From contig JANRMQ010000009.1 in the NCBI GenBank assembly GCA_040981125.1, forward strand, positions 73,624 to 137,623: a stretch of DNA of 64,000 nucleotides, in the 5' to 3' direction. This DNA comes from Nitrospira sp. (GTDB lineage: Bacteria > Nitrospirota > Nitrospiria > Nitrospirales > Nitrospiraceae). Below the pieces are notes generated by a model, which did no database searches, had not been told where the DNA came from, and worked only from the letters and a program-made list of their open reading frames with translations. Position numbers and translations under genes: made by a program. This document shows positions 39,727 to 49,609 of this stretch, one piece after another; the first letter of the stretch is position 1, and each line of letters starts with the position of its first letter.

Positions 39727-40350
39727 TCAGCCCAGGGGAGTTCGGTTCTGGTTCAACACCTGGGCTGACAATGATGGGATCCGGAGTGTGATTGTCGTAA
39801 TTCGATAGAGCAAGTCGTCGCTGAAGCGCCCTTGCAGCACGAGCGCTTGCAGGTCTTGGTTGGTGGCGCCGACAATACGAACATCCGCACGGAGTCTGCG
39901 CCGGCTTTGTACCGGCTGATACGCTCCTTGCTCGAGAAAGCGTAAGAGGCCGATTTGGGTTGGTCCGGACAGAACGCCGAGGTCGTTGAAAAACAGGGTG
40001 CCTGTTTCAGCCGCGGCGAGAAGTCCCGGTTTGGTTCCCGTGACGCCGGTGGATGAATCGGTTTCATAGCCGAACAGCTCGCCCTCCAACAGCTTCCGGC
40101 TCACCTGATCGCAGTGGATCGCAACGAACGGACCGCCGGCCCGGCGGCTCTGCGTATGCAGGAGGCGCGCGACTACTTCTTGGTCCGGCTTGGCCCCGCC
40201 CTGAATGAGGATCGGCGCATCGGAGCGGGCGGCTTGCGCAATCAGCGGCTGCAAGTCCTCCGTGACTTCGTCTTTTCCCCACGACATCGAGAACGGCTCC
40301 GTCCTTTCTTCGGCCGCGAGATCGATCCTGATCTGCGCTCCCTCTTCCAT
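39727..40350 (-). CDS. Stand-alone sigma-54-activator-like AAA+ domain with degenerate catalytic motifs, no receiver and no HTH
   Basis: Colinear with EBP cores, but Walker A is GGAKPDQE (normal GESGTGKE), the GAFTGA loop is DSSTGVTG and Walker B is LFFNDLG (normal LFLDEIG). RIVGATN and DLLYRI are retained. Confidence 0.6.
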   Translation of the reverse strand: MEEGAQIRIDLAAEERTEPFSMSWGKDEVTEDLQPLIAQAARSDAPILIQGGAKPDQEVVARLLHTQSRRAGGPFVAIHCDQVSRKLLEGELFGYETDSSTGVTGTKPGLLAAAETGTLFFNDLGVLSGPTQIGLLRFLEQGAYQPVQSRRRLRADVRIVGATNQDLQALVLQGRFSDDLLYRITTITLRIPSLSAQVLNQNRTPLG

Positions 40351-40525
40351 GCGTTTACCCTATCATAGGCGTGAAAACGGGGCCACAGCAGGGGACCGAC
40401 TGATTCGGTCGGTGAGCCGCGCCGTGAGATTGATGAGATGCTGCTCCTGACGCAGTGAAGCAACAGATTGTGCTGCTCTATCAGCACCCATGCCTTGGAT
40501 GATGTGAAAATCCCCGCCAACTGAG

Positions 40526-40541
40526 CGGCATGCATGCTGCA
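40526..40541 (+). promoter_or_regulatory. Candidate sigma-54 (-24/-12) promoter upstream of mop
   Basis: CGGCATGCATGCTGCA compared with consensus TGGCAC-N5-TTGCA. GG (40527-28) and GC (40539-40) have the canonical 12-nt offset. Lies 94 nt upstream of the mop ATG. The match is imperfect and overlaps a GCATGCATGC palindrome. Confidence 0.25.
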
Positions 40542-40634
40542 ACAGCTCACGGGCAAGGCGATCAAGCATAAACAACCGGGAATGTCTTTGGCCGCCTTCT
40601 TGAACGGCATTCCCATAATTCACGGAGGAGCAGC

Positions 40635-40850
40635 ATGGCGATTGAAGCGATCAACACACGCAATCAGTTTCGGGGCAAGATCAAGGAGATCGTTCCAGGT
40701 CCCGTCTTGTCGGAAGTCGACGTCGAGACGCCGTCGGGCATCGTGACGTCGGTAATCACGAGTCGGTCCATCGCGGATTTGAAGTTGAAGGTTGGATCGG
40801 ACGTGCTGGCGCTGGTGAAATCGACGGAGGTGTCGATCGCGAAGCTGTAA
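40635..40850 (+). CDS. mop: Molybdopterin/molybdate-binding Mop (TOBE-domain) protein
   Basis: 71 aa, STRNQFRGKI-type start (INTRNQFRGKIKEI), VDVETPSG..VTSVIT, LKLKVGSDVLALVKSTEV. Confidence 0.8.
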   Translation: MAIEAINTRNQFRGKIKEIVPGPVLSEVDVETPSGIVTSVITSRSIADLKLKVGSDVLALVKSTEVSIAKL

Positions 40851-40912
40851 TGATGACACGGGCGCGTGAGGATCCATTTACAGGGCCTGAATAAAAGAAA
40901 GGAGCGTTCAGC

Positions 40913-41275
40913 ATGGCACGATCAGTGGATGAGTTACTTCGACTCAAAGGCGCCGTCGCATCCGGGGAGTTTTCCTCGGACGGGAAGGTGAAGGAGTTTC
41001 GATCGAAGAGCAACGAGCTTTCGTCGGAGGTGGCGGACTTGACGGCCCAGTTCGCCGCCTCGGTCAGTCAACTGCTCGGAACGTTGGCTGTGGCCCATTC
41101 CAAGATCAGCGGCTTCAATTGGATTCCCGAGCAGGGATGGGCCTACTCCGGTGGAGAGCTGACGATTGCCGTCGGCGGCAATCGTGGTGTCTTTGTAAAG
41201 ACTGCCGAGGCCGATTTCAATCAATTGTTTGAAGCATTGATCGGCTCACGGCAATTGGCGGGCGCGTCGCGATAA
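40913..41275 (+). CDS. DUF2173 (roadblock/LC7-like) protein
   Basis: LLRLKGAVASGEFSSDGKV..GWAYSGGELTIAVGGNRGVFV pattern. AAAGGAG precedes the ATG. Confidence 0.6.
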   Translation: MARSVDELLRLKGAVASGEFSSDGKVKEFRSKSNELSSEVADLTAQFAASVSQLLGTLAVAHSKISGFNWIPEQGWAYSGGELTIAVGGNRGVFVKTAEADFNQLFEALIGSRQLAGASR

Positions 41276-41435
41276 GGACGCCACATTAGACTTGGGTTCC
41301 GTTCCGCCATGGCGTCGACGGTCGGTTCGAGGGGGGAGACCGGAGAGATTCGGTCATCCCTCCTCAGGAACCGGCGGTGACGACGGGTGAAAAAACACAG
41401 TCGGCTTGGGCCGGCAAGTGCAACGAGGAGAATCT

Positions 41436-41759
41436 ATGAACCAGTATGCTGCCCACGGGATCGGGAGCCGGCCGGATGAGGGTTCTATTGACGAACGGAT
41501 TGTAGACCTGTTGCAGATTCATGGGCCGCAATCCCTCGACATTCTGAGCGATGTGTTTTGCGAGGAGGGGTGGGCCCAGGTGTTCCTTGCCATCGATCGG
41601 TTGAGTCGTGCGGAACGGGTGCTTGTCGGCCCTCCTTGCAATGGCGATTACATCGTCTCGGCTTCATGGACACCGAAGGAGGCGTCTGCTTCAAAGTCCG
41701 GATCCGGGAGCAGGCCGCTTCGAACGCCAACGGCTTGCTTGGTCCCATCCGATTCTTAG
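41436..41759 (+). CDS. Hypothetical small protein (possible winged-helix)
   Basis: ATG at 41436 lies 5 nt after GAGGAG. I recognise no motif. Confidence 0.35.
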   Translation: MNQYAAHGIGSRPDEGSIDERIVDLLQIHGPQSLDILSDVFCEEGWAQVFLAIDRLSRAERVLVGPPCNGDYIVSASWTPKEASASKSGSGSRPLRTPTACLVPSDS

Positions 41760-41924
41760 TAGAACGACGATCAAGGGGTATGTATTCTTGAGGCGGCTTG
41801 GGTTTGCCGGTATAGAGCTGTCGAGATCCGGTTGGAGAAAGTGCATGAACGCTGACGCACGATGATGCGGACCGATAGTGCACGTCGGGTCGGTATATGA
41901 AACACTCACGAGATCGAGGCGCTG

Positions 41925-42893
41925 TTACGAGGAGCTGCTATGAGAAGAAGTCGGCGGTTTCGGCTCAATTGTCGCCGTATTCCGCATTTGCGCCTGGATG
42001 ACATTGCTGCCGGGCGGGACACTTTGAGTCAGCCACACATTCCCGCCGATGATCGACCCTTTTCCAATTGTGATCCGCCCCAGGATCGTAGCGCCTGCGT
42101 AAATGACCACATCGTCCTCCACGATCGGATGGCGCGCATTGCCTTTGATCAGTCCGTTTGCGTCTTCCGGAAAGCGCTTGGCGCCGAGGGTGACGGCTTG
42201 ATACAGCCGGACGTGCCGGCCGATGATCGTGGTTTCGCCGATGACGACCCCGGTGCCGTGATCGATGAAGAAGTGTCCGCCGATTTCCGCCGCAGGATGA
42301 ATGTCGATGCCGGTATTCGAATGGGCGATGTCCGAAATCAGCCGCGCAAGCAGCGGCGCCCCCCAACGATGCAGTTCATGCGCCAAGCGGTAATAGATAA
42401 TCGCCGTCATCCCGGGATAGCACAACAGAATCTCCGACGGGTTGGTGGCGGCCGGATCGCCTCGATACGCGGCCTGCAAATCGCTGAACAAGAGCGCGCG
42501 GATGGCAGGCAATTGAGCGGCGAAATTGGCCGTAATGTCGATGGCCGTTTGTGTGAGACGGTTCTCCTGCGCGTCGCGCGAATCCGACATAAACAGGAGC
42601 CCTTTGCGGACTTGATCCTGCAACTCGCTCAATGTCAGGTGCAGCTGATTGCCGACGAAATAGTCAATGTTCCCTTCATTCAAATCCGTGCGTCCGTAAT
42701 GAGTCGGGAACAGGACGGCGCACAAACCGTCCAAGATGCCGAGGAGCGCTTTGCGCGACGGCAATTCTCTGATACGGCCGAGATGCCGCACATTGTGAGT
42801 GACTTCGCGCGATGTGCGTAGTTCCGCCACAATCTGGTCCAAGCGCCAAGTGGGCGACGTCCCACCCTGCGCGTCGATCGGATCCGATTTCAT
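41925..42893 (-). CDS. cysE: Serine O-acetyltransferase
   Basis: Hexapeptide core DIHPAAEIGGHFFIDHGTGVVIGETTIIG, N-terminal SATase helical domain. ATG lies 4 nt after the upstream stop. Confidence 0.85.
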   Translation of the reverse strand: MKSDPIDAQGGTSPTWRLDQIVAELRTSREVTHNVRHLGRIRELPSRKALLGILDGLCAVLFPTHYGRTDLNEGNIDYFVGNQLHLTLSELQDQVRKGLLFMSDSRDAQENRLTQTAIDITANFAAQLPAIRALLFSDLQAAYRGDPAATNPSEILLCYPGMTAIIYYRLAHELHRWGAPLLARLISDIAHSNTGIDIHPAAEIGGHFFIDHGTGVVIGETTIIGRHVRLYQAVTLGAKRFPEDANGLIKGNARHPIVEDDVVIYAGATILGRITIGKGSIIGGNVWLTQSVPPGSNVIQAQMRNTATIEPKPPTSSHSSSS

Positions 42894-42897
42894 GAGG

Positions 42898-44736
42898 TCA
42901 GTCCCTTCGAAGTTGATGCAGCGCCTGTACCAAGGCGTCAATTTCATCATGCGTGTTATAGAGAGCCAGTGACGGACGCACCGTACCGGCTAATCCATAT
43001 CGATGCACGGTCGGCTGCGCACAATGATGACCTGCACGGACGGCGATGCCATGCCGGTCGAGATGGCGAGCGACTTGTTCATTCGAAAATCCGTCCATCA
43101 CAAAAGACAGGACGCTCGCCTTGGACGGGGCGGTGCCGATCGGGCGGAGGCCTTGCACGGATGAGAGCGCATTTGTTGCATACATCAGCAGCTCGTGTTC
43201 GTACGCGGCAATCGCAGGCATCCCGATTTGGCCCACATAATCAATCGCGGCTCCCAGCCCGACCACTTCGGCGATGGCGGGCGTCCCTGCCTCGAATTTC
43301 TGCGGGATCCCTTGATACGTCGTCTTCTGGAACGTGACGTCCTTGATCATATTGCCGCCACCCTGCCACGGCGGCATGGATTCGAGCAGTTCGGTTTTTC
43401 CGTACAGCACGCCGATTCCGGTGGGCCCGAAAATCTTGTGACCCGAAAAGGTAAAGAAGTCACAGTCCATCGCTTGAACGTTGACCGGCATATGCGGCGC
43501 CGATTGCGCGCCGTCCACGAGGACAGGTACGCCCTGTGCATGGGCCATGGCAATGATTTGTTCGACGGGATTGATGGTTCCCAACGCGTTGGAGACCTGC
43601 GTGATCGACACCAATTTGGTACGTGGACCCAATAACCCGGCGAATTCGTCCAGGAGTAATTCGCCTGCGTCATTGATCGGCGCGACGCGAAGCGAGGCCC
43701 CGGTCTGCTCGGCCAGCATCTGCCAGGGCACGATATTGGCGTGATGCTCCATCGTCGTCAGGAGGATTTCATCACCCTGGCCGACATGCGCGCGGCCATA
43801 ACTCTGGGCCACCAGATTAATGGCCTCGGTAGTCCCCCGGACAAAGACGATTTCATTCGGATCGGCCGCGCCAATGAACCGCTGTACTTTTTCGCGACCG
43901 GCTTCGTACAGCTCTGTCGAGCGTTGCGCGAGTGTATGGGCTCCCCGGTGAATGTTGGAGTAGTCCCGATGATAAAACCGGGACGTGGCGTCGATGACGG
44001 CCTGCGGCTTTTGCGTGGTCGCCGCGTTGTCGAGCCAGATCAGCGGCATCCCGTTCACCTGTCGGTGCAAAACGGGAAAATCACGGCGAATGAGGTCGAT
44101 GTTCAACGAGGACAGTGATACGCCGTGGCCGAGCGTCGATGCGGGCGGATGTATCCGATCGTCGGAGATGCGAGGGCTTTGGAGAAAATAGAAATCAGGC
44201 GTGGAGAGCTCCTGGTGGTGCGAAAAGGGAAATCCGAGGCCGGCCGGCTTCGTAAAATATGGAATGGCCGAGGTGCTTCCCGGTGACGGTTGCGCGGCAG
44301 ACGGAGCATGTGCCTCTTGCGTCCTGCCGCCATTGCACCGTGGCTCGCCGAATGGATACGTTTCCCCGGATCCCGGGCTATGTCCACCGGACAGGGTGCC
44401 GGCCCCTGTCGGCGGGGACAAGGCATCCTGAAGTCCTGGGTGTACCGGCGGATGCGTGTCGGCTGTGGCCGATGGGTAGCCACCGGCGAGGCCGGGGTAG
44501 CGAGGCCCGCCTGTTGGAACTGTAGGCGCAGGACTTGGTCCGCCGGCTCTTTGCGGGAATACCGCCGGTGCTTCAGGTGGCGCAAGCGATGTGGACGTTG
44601 GAGCAAGCGATGTCGATGTCGGTATCGAAGAAGATCCGTCGGGTTCGGAGAAGAATTCGTTCGCCGGCCTCGTAATGAGTTCCGTGCCGAACGGGTCGTA
44701 CGGAAGGCCCGTGAGATTGTCGTCTGCGTGTGTCAT
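42898..44736 (-). CDS. SufS-type cysteine desulfurase with a ~210-aa disordered N-terminal extension (encapsulin cargo type)
   Basis: Class V aminotransferase core (LDNAATTQKP, SNIHRGAHTLA, FSGHKIFGPTGIGVLYG, RAGHHCAQP). The Pro/Ser/Gly-rich NTD contains LITRPANEFFSEP. Start chosen at 44736 (SD GAAGGGGTGAGG); 44760 is an alternative. Confidence 0.85.
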   Translation of the reverse strand: MTHADDNLTGLPYDPFGTELITRPANEFFSEPDGSSSIPTSTSLAPTSTSLAPPEAPAVFPQRAGGPSPAPTVPTGGPRYPGLAGGYPSATADTHPPVHPGLQDALSPPTGAGTLSGGHSPGSGETYPFGEPRCNGGRTQEAHAPSAAQPSPGSTSAIPYFTKPAGLGFPFSHHQELSTPDFYFLQSPRISDDRIHPPASTLGHGVSLSSLNIDLIRRDFPVLHRQVNGMPLIWLDNAATTQKPQAVIDATSRFYHRDYSNIHRGAHTLAQRSTELYEAGREKVQRFIGAADPNEIVFVRGTTEAINLVAQSYGRAHVGQGDEILLTTMEHHANIVPWQMLAEQTGASLRVAPINDAGELLLDEFAGLLGPRTKLVSITQVSNALGTINPVEQIIAMAHAQGVPVLVDGAQSAPHMPVNVQAMDCDFFTFSGHKIFGPTGIGVLYGKTELLESMPPWQGGGNMIKDVTFQKTTYQGIPQKFEAGTPAIAEVVGLGAAIDYVGQIGMPAIAAYEHELLMYATNALSSVQGLRPIGTAPSKASVLSFVMDGFSNEQVARHLDRHGIAVRAGHHCAQPTVHRYGLAGTVRPSLALYNTHDEIDALVQALHQLRRD

Positions 44737-44740
44737 GACC

Positions 44741-45718
44741 TCACCCCTTCGGATAGACATAGTCGTGGTAGAACCTGACGGACACGTTATCGAGGCGGGC
44801 GATGGCGTCTTCGGTCAACACGGCCGTGGAGAAATAGCGCGTGACCAAATGCGCCGCGATGCCGTGCTCGTTCGTCCCCATATAGCGTACGGAAAGACCC
44901 GGCTCGACTTCTCCGGTCACCCCGCCCTTTTGCAGGCCGACGACGCCTTGGTGCGGTTCACCGACGCGCAGCAGCAGCACGGTCGTTTTGCCGGCCTTGT
45001 CGATTTCCAGTTTGTTGGTCGGAATGACCGGCACGCCGCGCCAGGTAATAAACGGAGAGCCGAAAAAAGTCACGGTGGGCGGCGGGACACCGCGCCTGGT
45101 CGCTTCGCGTCCGAAGGCGGCGATTGCCTTGGGATGAGCTAGGAAAAACGCCGGTTTCTTCCAGACCAGGCTCAACAGTTCATCGAAATCGTCGGGTGTG
45201 GGCGTCCCCTTTCGGGTATTGATCCGTTGTCCCGGCGCGACTTCTTTTAACAGCCCAAACTTCGGATGATTGATCAGTTCCCACTCCTCGCGTTCCTTGA
45301 CGCCTTCCACGGTCAGCCGCACTTGTTCCCGCAGCTGGTCGATACGATTGCTGTAGAGATCGGTCACGCGGGTGTGCGTGTGCACGATCGCTTGGATAGT
45401 GCTGAGATGATATTCGCGTGGATTCACTTCGTAATCGAGGAAGGTCGTCGGCAGCTTCGGCTCGCCGTCATCGACCGTCAAGACTTCGACGCGGTCTTCC
45501 CCGAAGTCGTTGTCCGGCGTGCCGCTCGGCGCCTCCTTTGAGACCCGGTTCACACGATACACTCCGCCATCGATATTGACCCACGGGAGCAGTTTGTGCA
45601 GCCATCGTGGGGTGATCTGCACCATCTGGGGCACCGTGACCGTCGCAGTTGCAAGATTGCGGGCGGCCTTGGCGCTCAAGCTCGTCGCCTGACCCGTTGT
45701 CCCTGTCCGTTCAGCCAT
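44741..45718 (-). CDS. Family 2A encapsulin shell protein (SrpI-like)
   Basis: N-terminus AARNLATATVTVPQMVQITPRWLHKLLPWVNIDGGVYRVNRV matches the Family 2 encapsulin signature as I recall it. At 325 aa there is no cNMP-binding insertion. AAGGAG lies 7 nt upstream of the ATG. The operon partners fit. Confidence 0.75.
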   Translation of the reverse strand: MAERTGTTGQATSLSAKAARNLATATVTVPQMVQITPRWLHKLLPWVNIDGGVYRVNRVSKEAPSGTPDNDFGEDRVEVLTVDDGEPKLPTTFLDYEVNPREYHLSTIQAIVHTHTRVTDLYSNRIDQLREQVRLTVEGVKEREEWELINHPKFGLLKEVAPGQRINTRKGTPTPDDFDELLSLVWKKPAFFLAHPKAIAAFGREATRRGVPPPTVTFFGSPFITWRGVPVIPTNKLEIDKAGKTTVLLLRVGEPHQGVVGLQKGGVTGEVEPGLSVRYMGTNEHGIAAHLVTRYFSTAVLTEDAIARLDNVSVRFYHDYVYPKG

Positions 45719-45870
45719 TCTGTTCTCCTTTTCCGATGTGGTTGATGCGGTATCGTTGATTCACGGATTCACGCAGGCACAATGACCCGCTTGCGTTTTC
45801 TGCCATTCAGATGCATTGCAGGATGCAGTATGATTCTCAGATAGGTCAAGACAAATGCCCGGTGCGGGGG

Positions 45871-46071
45871 TCATTGTCCGCCGCCCATGTAGAAAAGAAA
45901 TTCCACCCGGTCGCCATCCGTCACCGAGGTGGAACTTAGTTGGTCGCGCTCGATCATCGTATCGTTCAGCTCCACCCCGACCATGCGAGGGTCGATGTTT
46001 TTCGCTTTCAATACGTCCAAAATCACCGTCGCCTGAATATCCTCAGACTTTCCATTAATGATGACGATCAT
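45871..46071 (-). CDS. ThiS/MoaD-like sulfur-carrier protein ending GGGQ
   Basis: 66-aa beta-grasp-like sequence MIVIINGK..V.LN..I..R...S...V.DGDRVEF..YMGGGQ. One residue follows the Gly-Gly. Confidence 0.65.
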   Translation of the reverse strand: MIVIINGKSEDIQATVILDVLKAKNIDPRMVGVELNDTMIERDQLSSTSVTDGDRVEFLFYMGGGQ

Positions 46072-46104
46072 ATGTTGTGCGCTCCAACTTATTCCAATGC
46101 AGCA

Positions 46105-46524
46105 TCAGATAAACAATGTCGTCTCGGCGCCGGCGGTCAACGCCAGAATGGCCGGCAATCCCAGGACGTGGTCTACCTGTTTGGTAACGGCTTCCGAATC
46201 GACCCCCATGTATTCAAGGCCCGCGCTGCAGGCGACCAATCGAAATTCGCCGACCATCCGGGCCTCGCTGAACATCTCGGAAATGCGGGGCACACGCTTT
46301 TCCTGGAGTAGGCGACGAACCTCATCTGCCCCTCCTTCATACTCCGGTGGAAAATCCATCTCGTCGATCCGTCCGTCAGCCAGTTTCTTGATCGTCCAGA
46401 ACAGTAAAACGACGGTGACATCTTTCCCCATCGCAGCCGCCGTGAGGCCGAGTGTCGCCACTTGATGGAGGGTATCATAGGTGGCACTGTGGGCAAAAAT
46501 TACAAATCGTGGTTTCTGGGTCAA
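46105..46524 (-). CDS. DsrE/DsrF-like sulfur-relay family protein
   Basis: 139 aa: FVIFAHSATYD..LGLTAAAMGKDVTVVLLFW..LVACSAGLEYMG (conserved Cys). Confidence 0.55.
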   Translation of the reverse strand: MTQKPRFVIFAHSATYDTLHQVATLGLTAAAMGKDVTVVLLFWTIKKLADGRIDEMDFPPEYEGGADEVRRLLQEKRVPRISEMFSEARMVGEFRLVACSAGLEYMGVDSEAVTKQVDHVLGLPAILALTAGAETTLFI

Positions 46525-46528
46525 GATC

Positions 46529-47590
<1,062 letters not shown>

Positions 47591-47599
47591 GACAGTTCT

Positions 47600-48718
47600 C
47601 TATTCCAGATCAATTGAACATTCGGTCGCCGCTGGGTGTCTGCCATCATCGTTCGATCGGGTTGGAAACACCCGCATAGTCTTCGGCCTGACGAATACTT
47701 GTTCGCCCGGACTAAGCGCGAGTTCCCGCCATCGTTCCTGGCTTAGCTCGCCTTCGAGGATCTCCCCGTTATCGGTCCGCAGAATCTCCACGCGCGCAAC
47801 GGCCCCGACCGCCTGGATTCGGCTGATGACGGCTTCGATGGCGCCCGCTTTCTCCGGCCGGCGATGGAGGTCGATCTCATGGGGCCGCACGTAGCCGATC
47901 GCCGGGCCGTCCGGAACGCCGTGATGATGTTCACGTAGCGCGACCTCAAGGTCTCCGACTTGCACGCGGCCTTCATGCACTCGGCCGTGAAACAGGTTGA
48001 CGCCGCCGAGAAAGTCATAGACGAATGGACTGGCCGGATGGTCATAGACGTCTTCAGGCGTTCCGATCTGCTCAATCCGCCCGGCGTTCATGACGATCAC
48101 CTGATCCGCGACCTCAAGGGCTTCATCTTGATCATGGGTGACGAAGACGCTCGTCACATGGAGGTCATCGTGCAGTCGCCTGAGCCAGCGGCGAAGCTCC
48201 TTTCGAACTTTGGCATCAAGGGCGCCGAAGGGCTCATCGAGCAACAGCACGCTGGGCTCAACCGCCAGGGCTCGGGCCAGCGCGACCCGTTGCCGTTGTC
48301 CGCCGGACAGCTGTCCGGGATAGCGGTCCCCAAGCCATTCCAACTGCACCAGTTTGAGTAATTCGCGCACCTTGGCGTCGATGGCCTGTTTCGATGGACG
48401 CTTGGCCCGCGGCCTGACTTTCAAGCCGAACGCAATATTGTCGAAAACCGTCATATGACGGAATAACGCATAATGCTGAAACACGAAGCCGACGCCGCGC
48501 TCTCCGATATGGCGATCGGTGACCTCATCACCGTCCAACAGAATGGCGCCGCGGTCCGGTCTTTCCAAGCCCGCCAGGATGCGCAGCAGGGTCGTCTTCC
48601 CGCAGCCCGATGGACCAAGCAATGCGACCAGTTCGCCGGAGCGGACGTTGAGCGTGACATCGCGGAGCGCGGTGAAGCCGTGATACGCTTTTGTTACGTC
48701 GCACACGTCAATACTCAT
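47600..48718 (-). CDS. cysA: Sulfate/thiosulfate ABC transporter ATP-binding protein
   Basis: [36 protein letters not shown]-terminal TOBE-like domain. ATGA overlap with cysW (48715-48718). Confidence 0.9.
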   Translation of the reverse strand: MSIDVCDVTKAYHGFTALRDVTLNVRSGELVALLGPSGCGKTTLLRILAGLERPDRGAILLDGDEVTDRHIGERGVGFVFQHYALFRHMTVFDNIAFGLKVRPRAKRPSKQAIDAKVRELLKLVQLEWLGDRYPGQLSGGQRQRVALARALAVEPSVLLLDEPFGALDAKVRKELRRWLRRLHDDLHVTSVFVTHDQDEALEVADQVIVMNAGRIEQIGTPEDVYDHPASPFVYDFLGGVNLFHGRVHEGRVQVGDLEVALREHHHGVPDGPAIGYVRPHEIDLHRRPEKAGAIEAVISRIQAVGAVARVEILRTDNGEILEGELSQERWRELALSPGEQVFVRPKTMRVFPTRSNDDGRHPAATECSIDLE

Positions 48719-49593
48719 GCGAGGCGCTCCTTTGCTTCCGATGAGGATTTCCATTCCACCAGACTTTTCGCGATTAACGTGACGACCGACAACGAGGCCA
48801 AGAGAGAGGCTACGGCGAACGCCGCGACATAGTTGTATTCGTTATAAAGAATTTCCACATGCAGCGGCATGGTGTTGGTTTCGCCGCGGATATGCCCCGA
48901 CACGACCGAGACGGCGCCGAATTCCCCCATGGCGCGCGCGTTACACAAGATGACCCCGTACAGCAGGCTCCATTTGATGGAGGGCAACGTCACGCGCCAA
49001 AAGACTTGCCACCCGCTTGCGCCCAGTACCAACGCCGCTTCCTCCTCGTCGTTGCCTCGGGTTTGCATATGAGGAATCAGCTCGCGTGCGATAAACGGAA
49101 AAGTGACAAAGATAGTGGCGAGGACGATCCCCGGCACGGCAAAGATGATCTTGATGTCGTGCTCGGCCAGCCAGGGGCCGAGCCACCCCTGCAAGCCGAA
49201 GAGAAGCACATAAATCAGGCCGGAGACCACCGGCGAGACGGAGAAGGGAAGATCGATCAACGTCACCAGCACCTGTTTGCTCCGGAACTCAAATTTGGCA
49301 ATGGCCCAGGCGGCGGCGAGGCCGAAGACGAGATTGAGCGGAACGGCAATGCCCGCCGCAAGCAAGGTCAGTTGAATAGCTGAGATCGCGTCGGGCTCCT
49401 GGAATGATGCAATATAGGCGCCGAATCCTTGCTTTAATGCCTCGACGCAAATGACGGCAAGGGGAACAAGCAGGAAGAGTCCCAGGAACGCCAGTGAGAG
49501 GCCGATGAGAACCAGTCGCACTGAAAACGGCTCGCCTATGACCGAAACTGCGCGAGGCGTTCTGTGCAGCACACTCAGGATAGTGGTCGTCAT
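48715..49593 (-). CDS. cysW: Sulfate ABC transporter permease CysW
   Basis: Six-TM permease with the EAA-like loop ([18 protein letters not shown]). Start trimmed to MTTTIL at 49593, 16 nt after the cysT stop. Confidence 0.85.
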   Translation of the reverse strand: MTTTILSVLHRTPRAVSVIGEPFSVRLVLIGLSLAFLGLFLLVPLAVICVEALKQGFGAYIASFQEPDAISAIQLTLLAAGIAVPLNLVFGLAAAWAIAKFEFRSKQVLVTLIDLPFSVSPVVSGLIYVLLFGLQGWLGPWLAEHDIKIIFAVPGIVLATIFVTFPFIARELIPHMQTRGNDEEEAALVLGASGWQVFWRVTLPSIKWSLLYGVILCNARAMGEFGAVSVVSGHIRGETNTMPLHVEILYNEYNYVAAFAVASLLASLSVVTLIAKSLVEWKSSSEAKERLA

Positions 49594-49609
49594 GGTGTAG
49601 TAACTCCGC

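Noticed and set aside
40351-40634. Molybdenum-cofactor riboswitch upstream of mop
   Set aside because: No GCCUCCGAGCC-like core or AAAGGA terminal motif is present. There is only a small hairpin (GACCG-N7-CGGTC).
41940-42821. 293-aa plus-strand ORF opposite cysE. Similar long antisense ORFs lie opposite the TonB-dependent receptor (59758-60483) and the sbp gene (50531-51289).
   Set aside because: These are antisense to genes with unmistakable family motifs, and their composition is biased toward Arg/Asp/Gly.
45790-45815. Sigma-54 promoter upstream of the encapsulin gene (minus strand TGGCAGAAAACGCAAG)
   Set aside because: The GG and GC dinucleotides are offset by 10 nt rather than the canonical 12 nt, and the -12 region is GCAA rather than TTGC.
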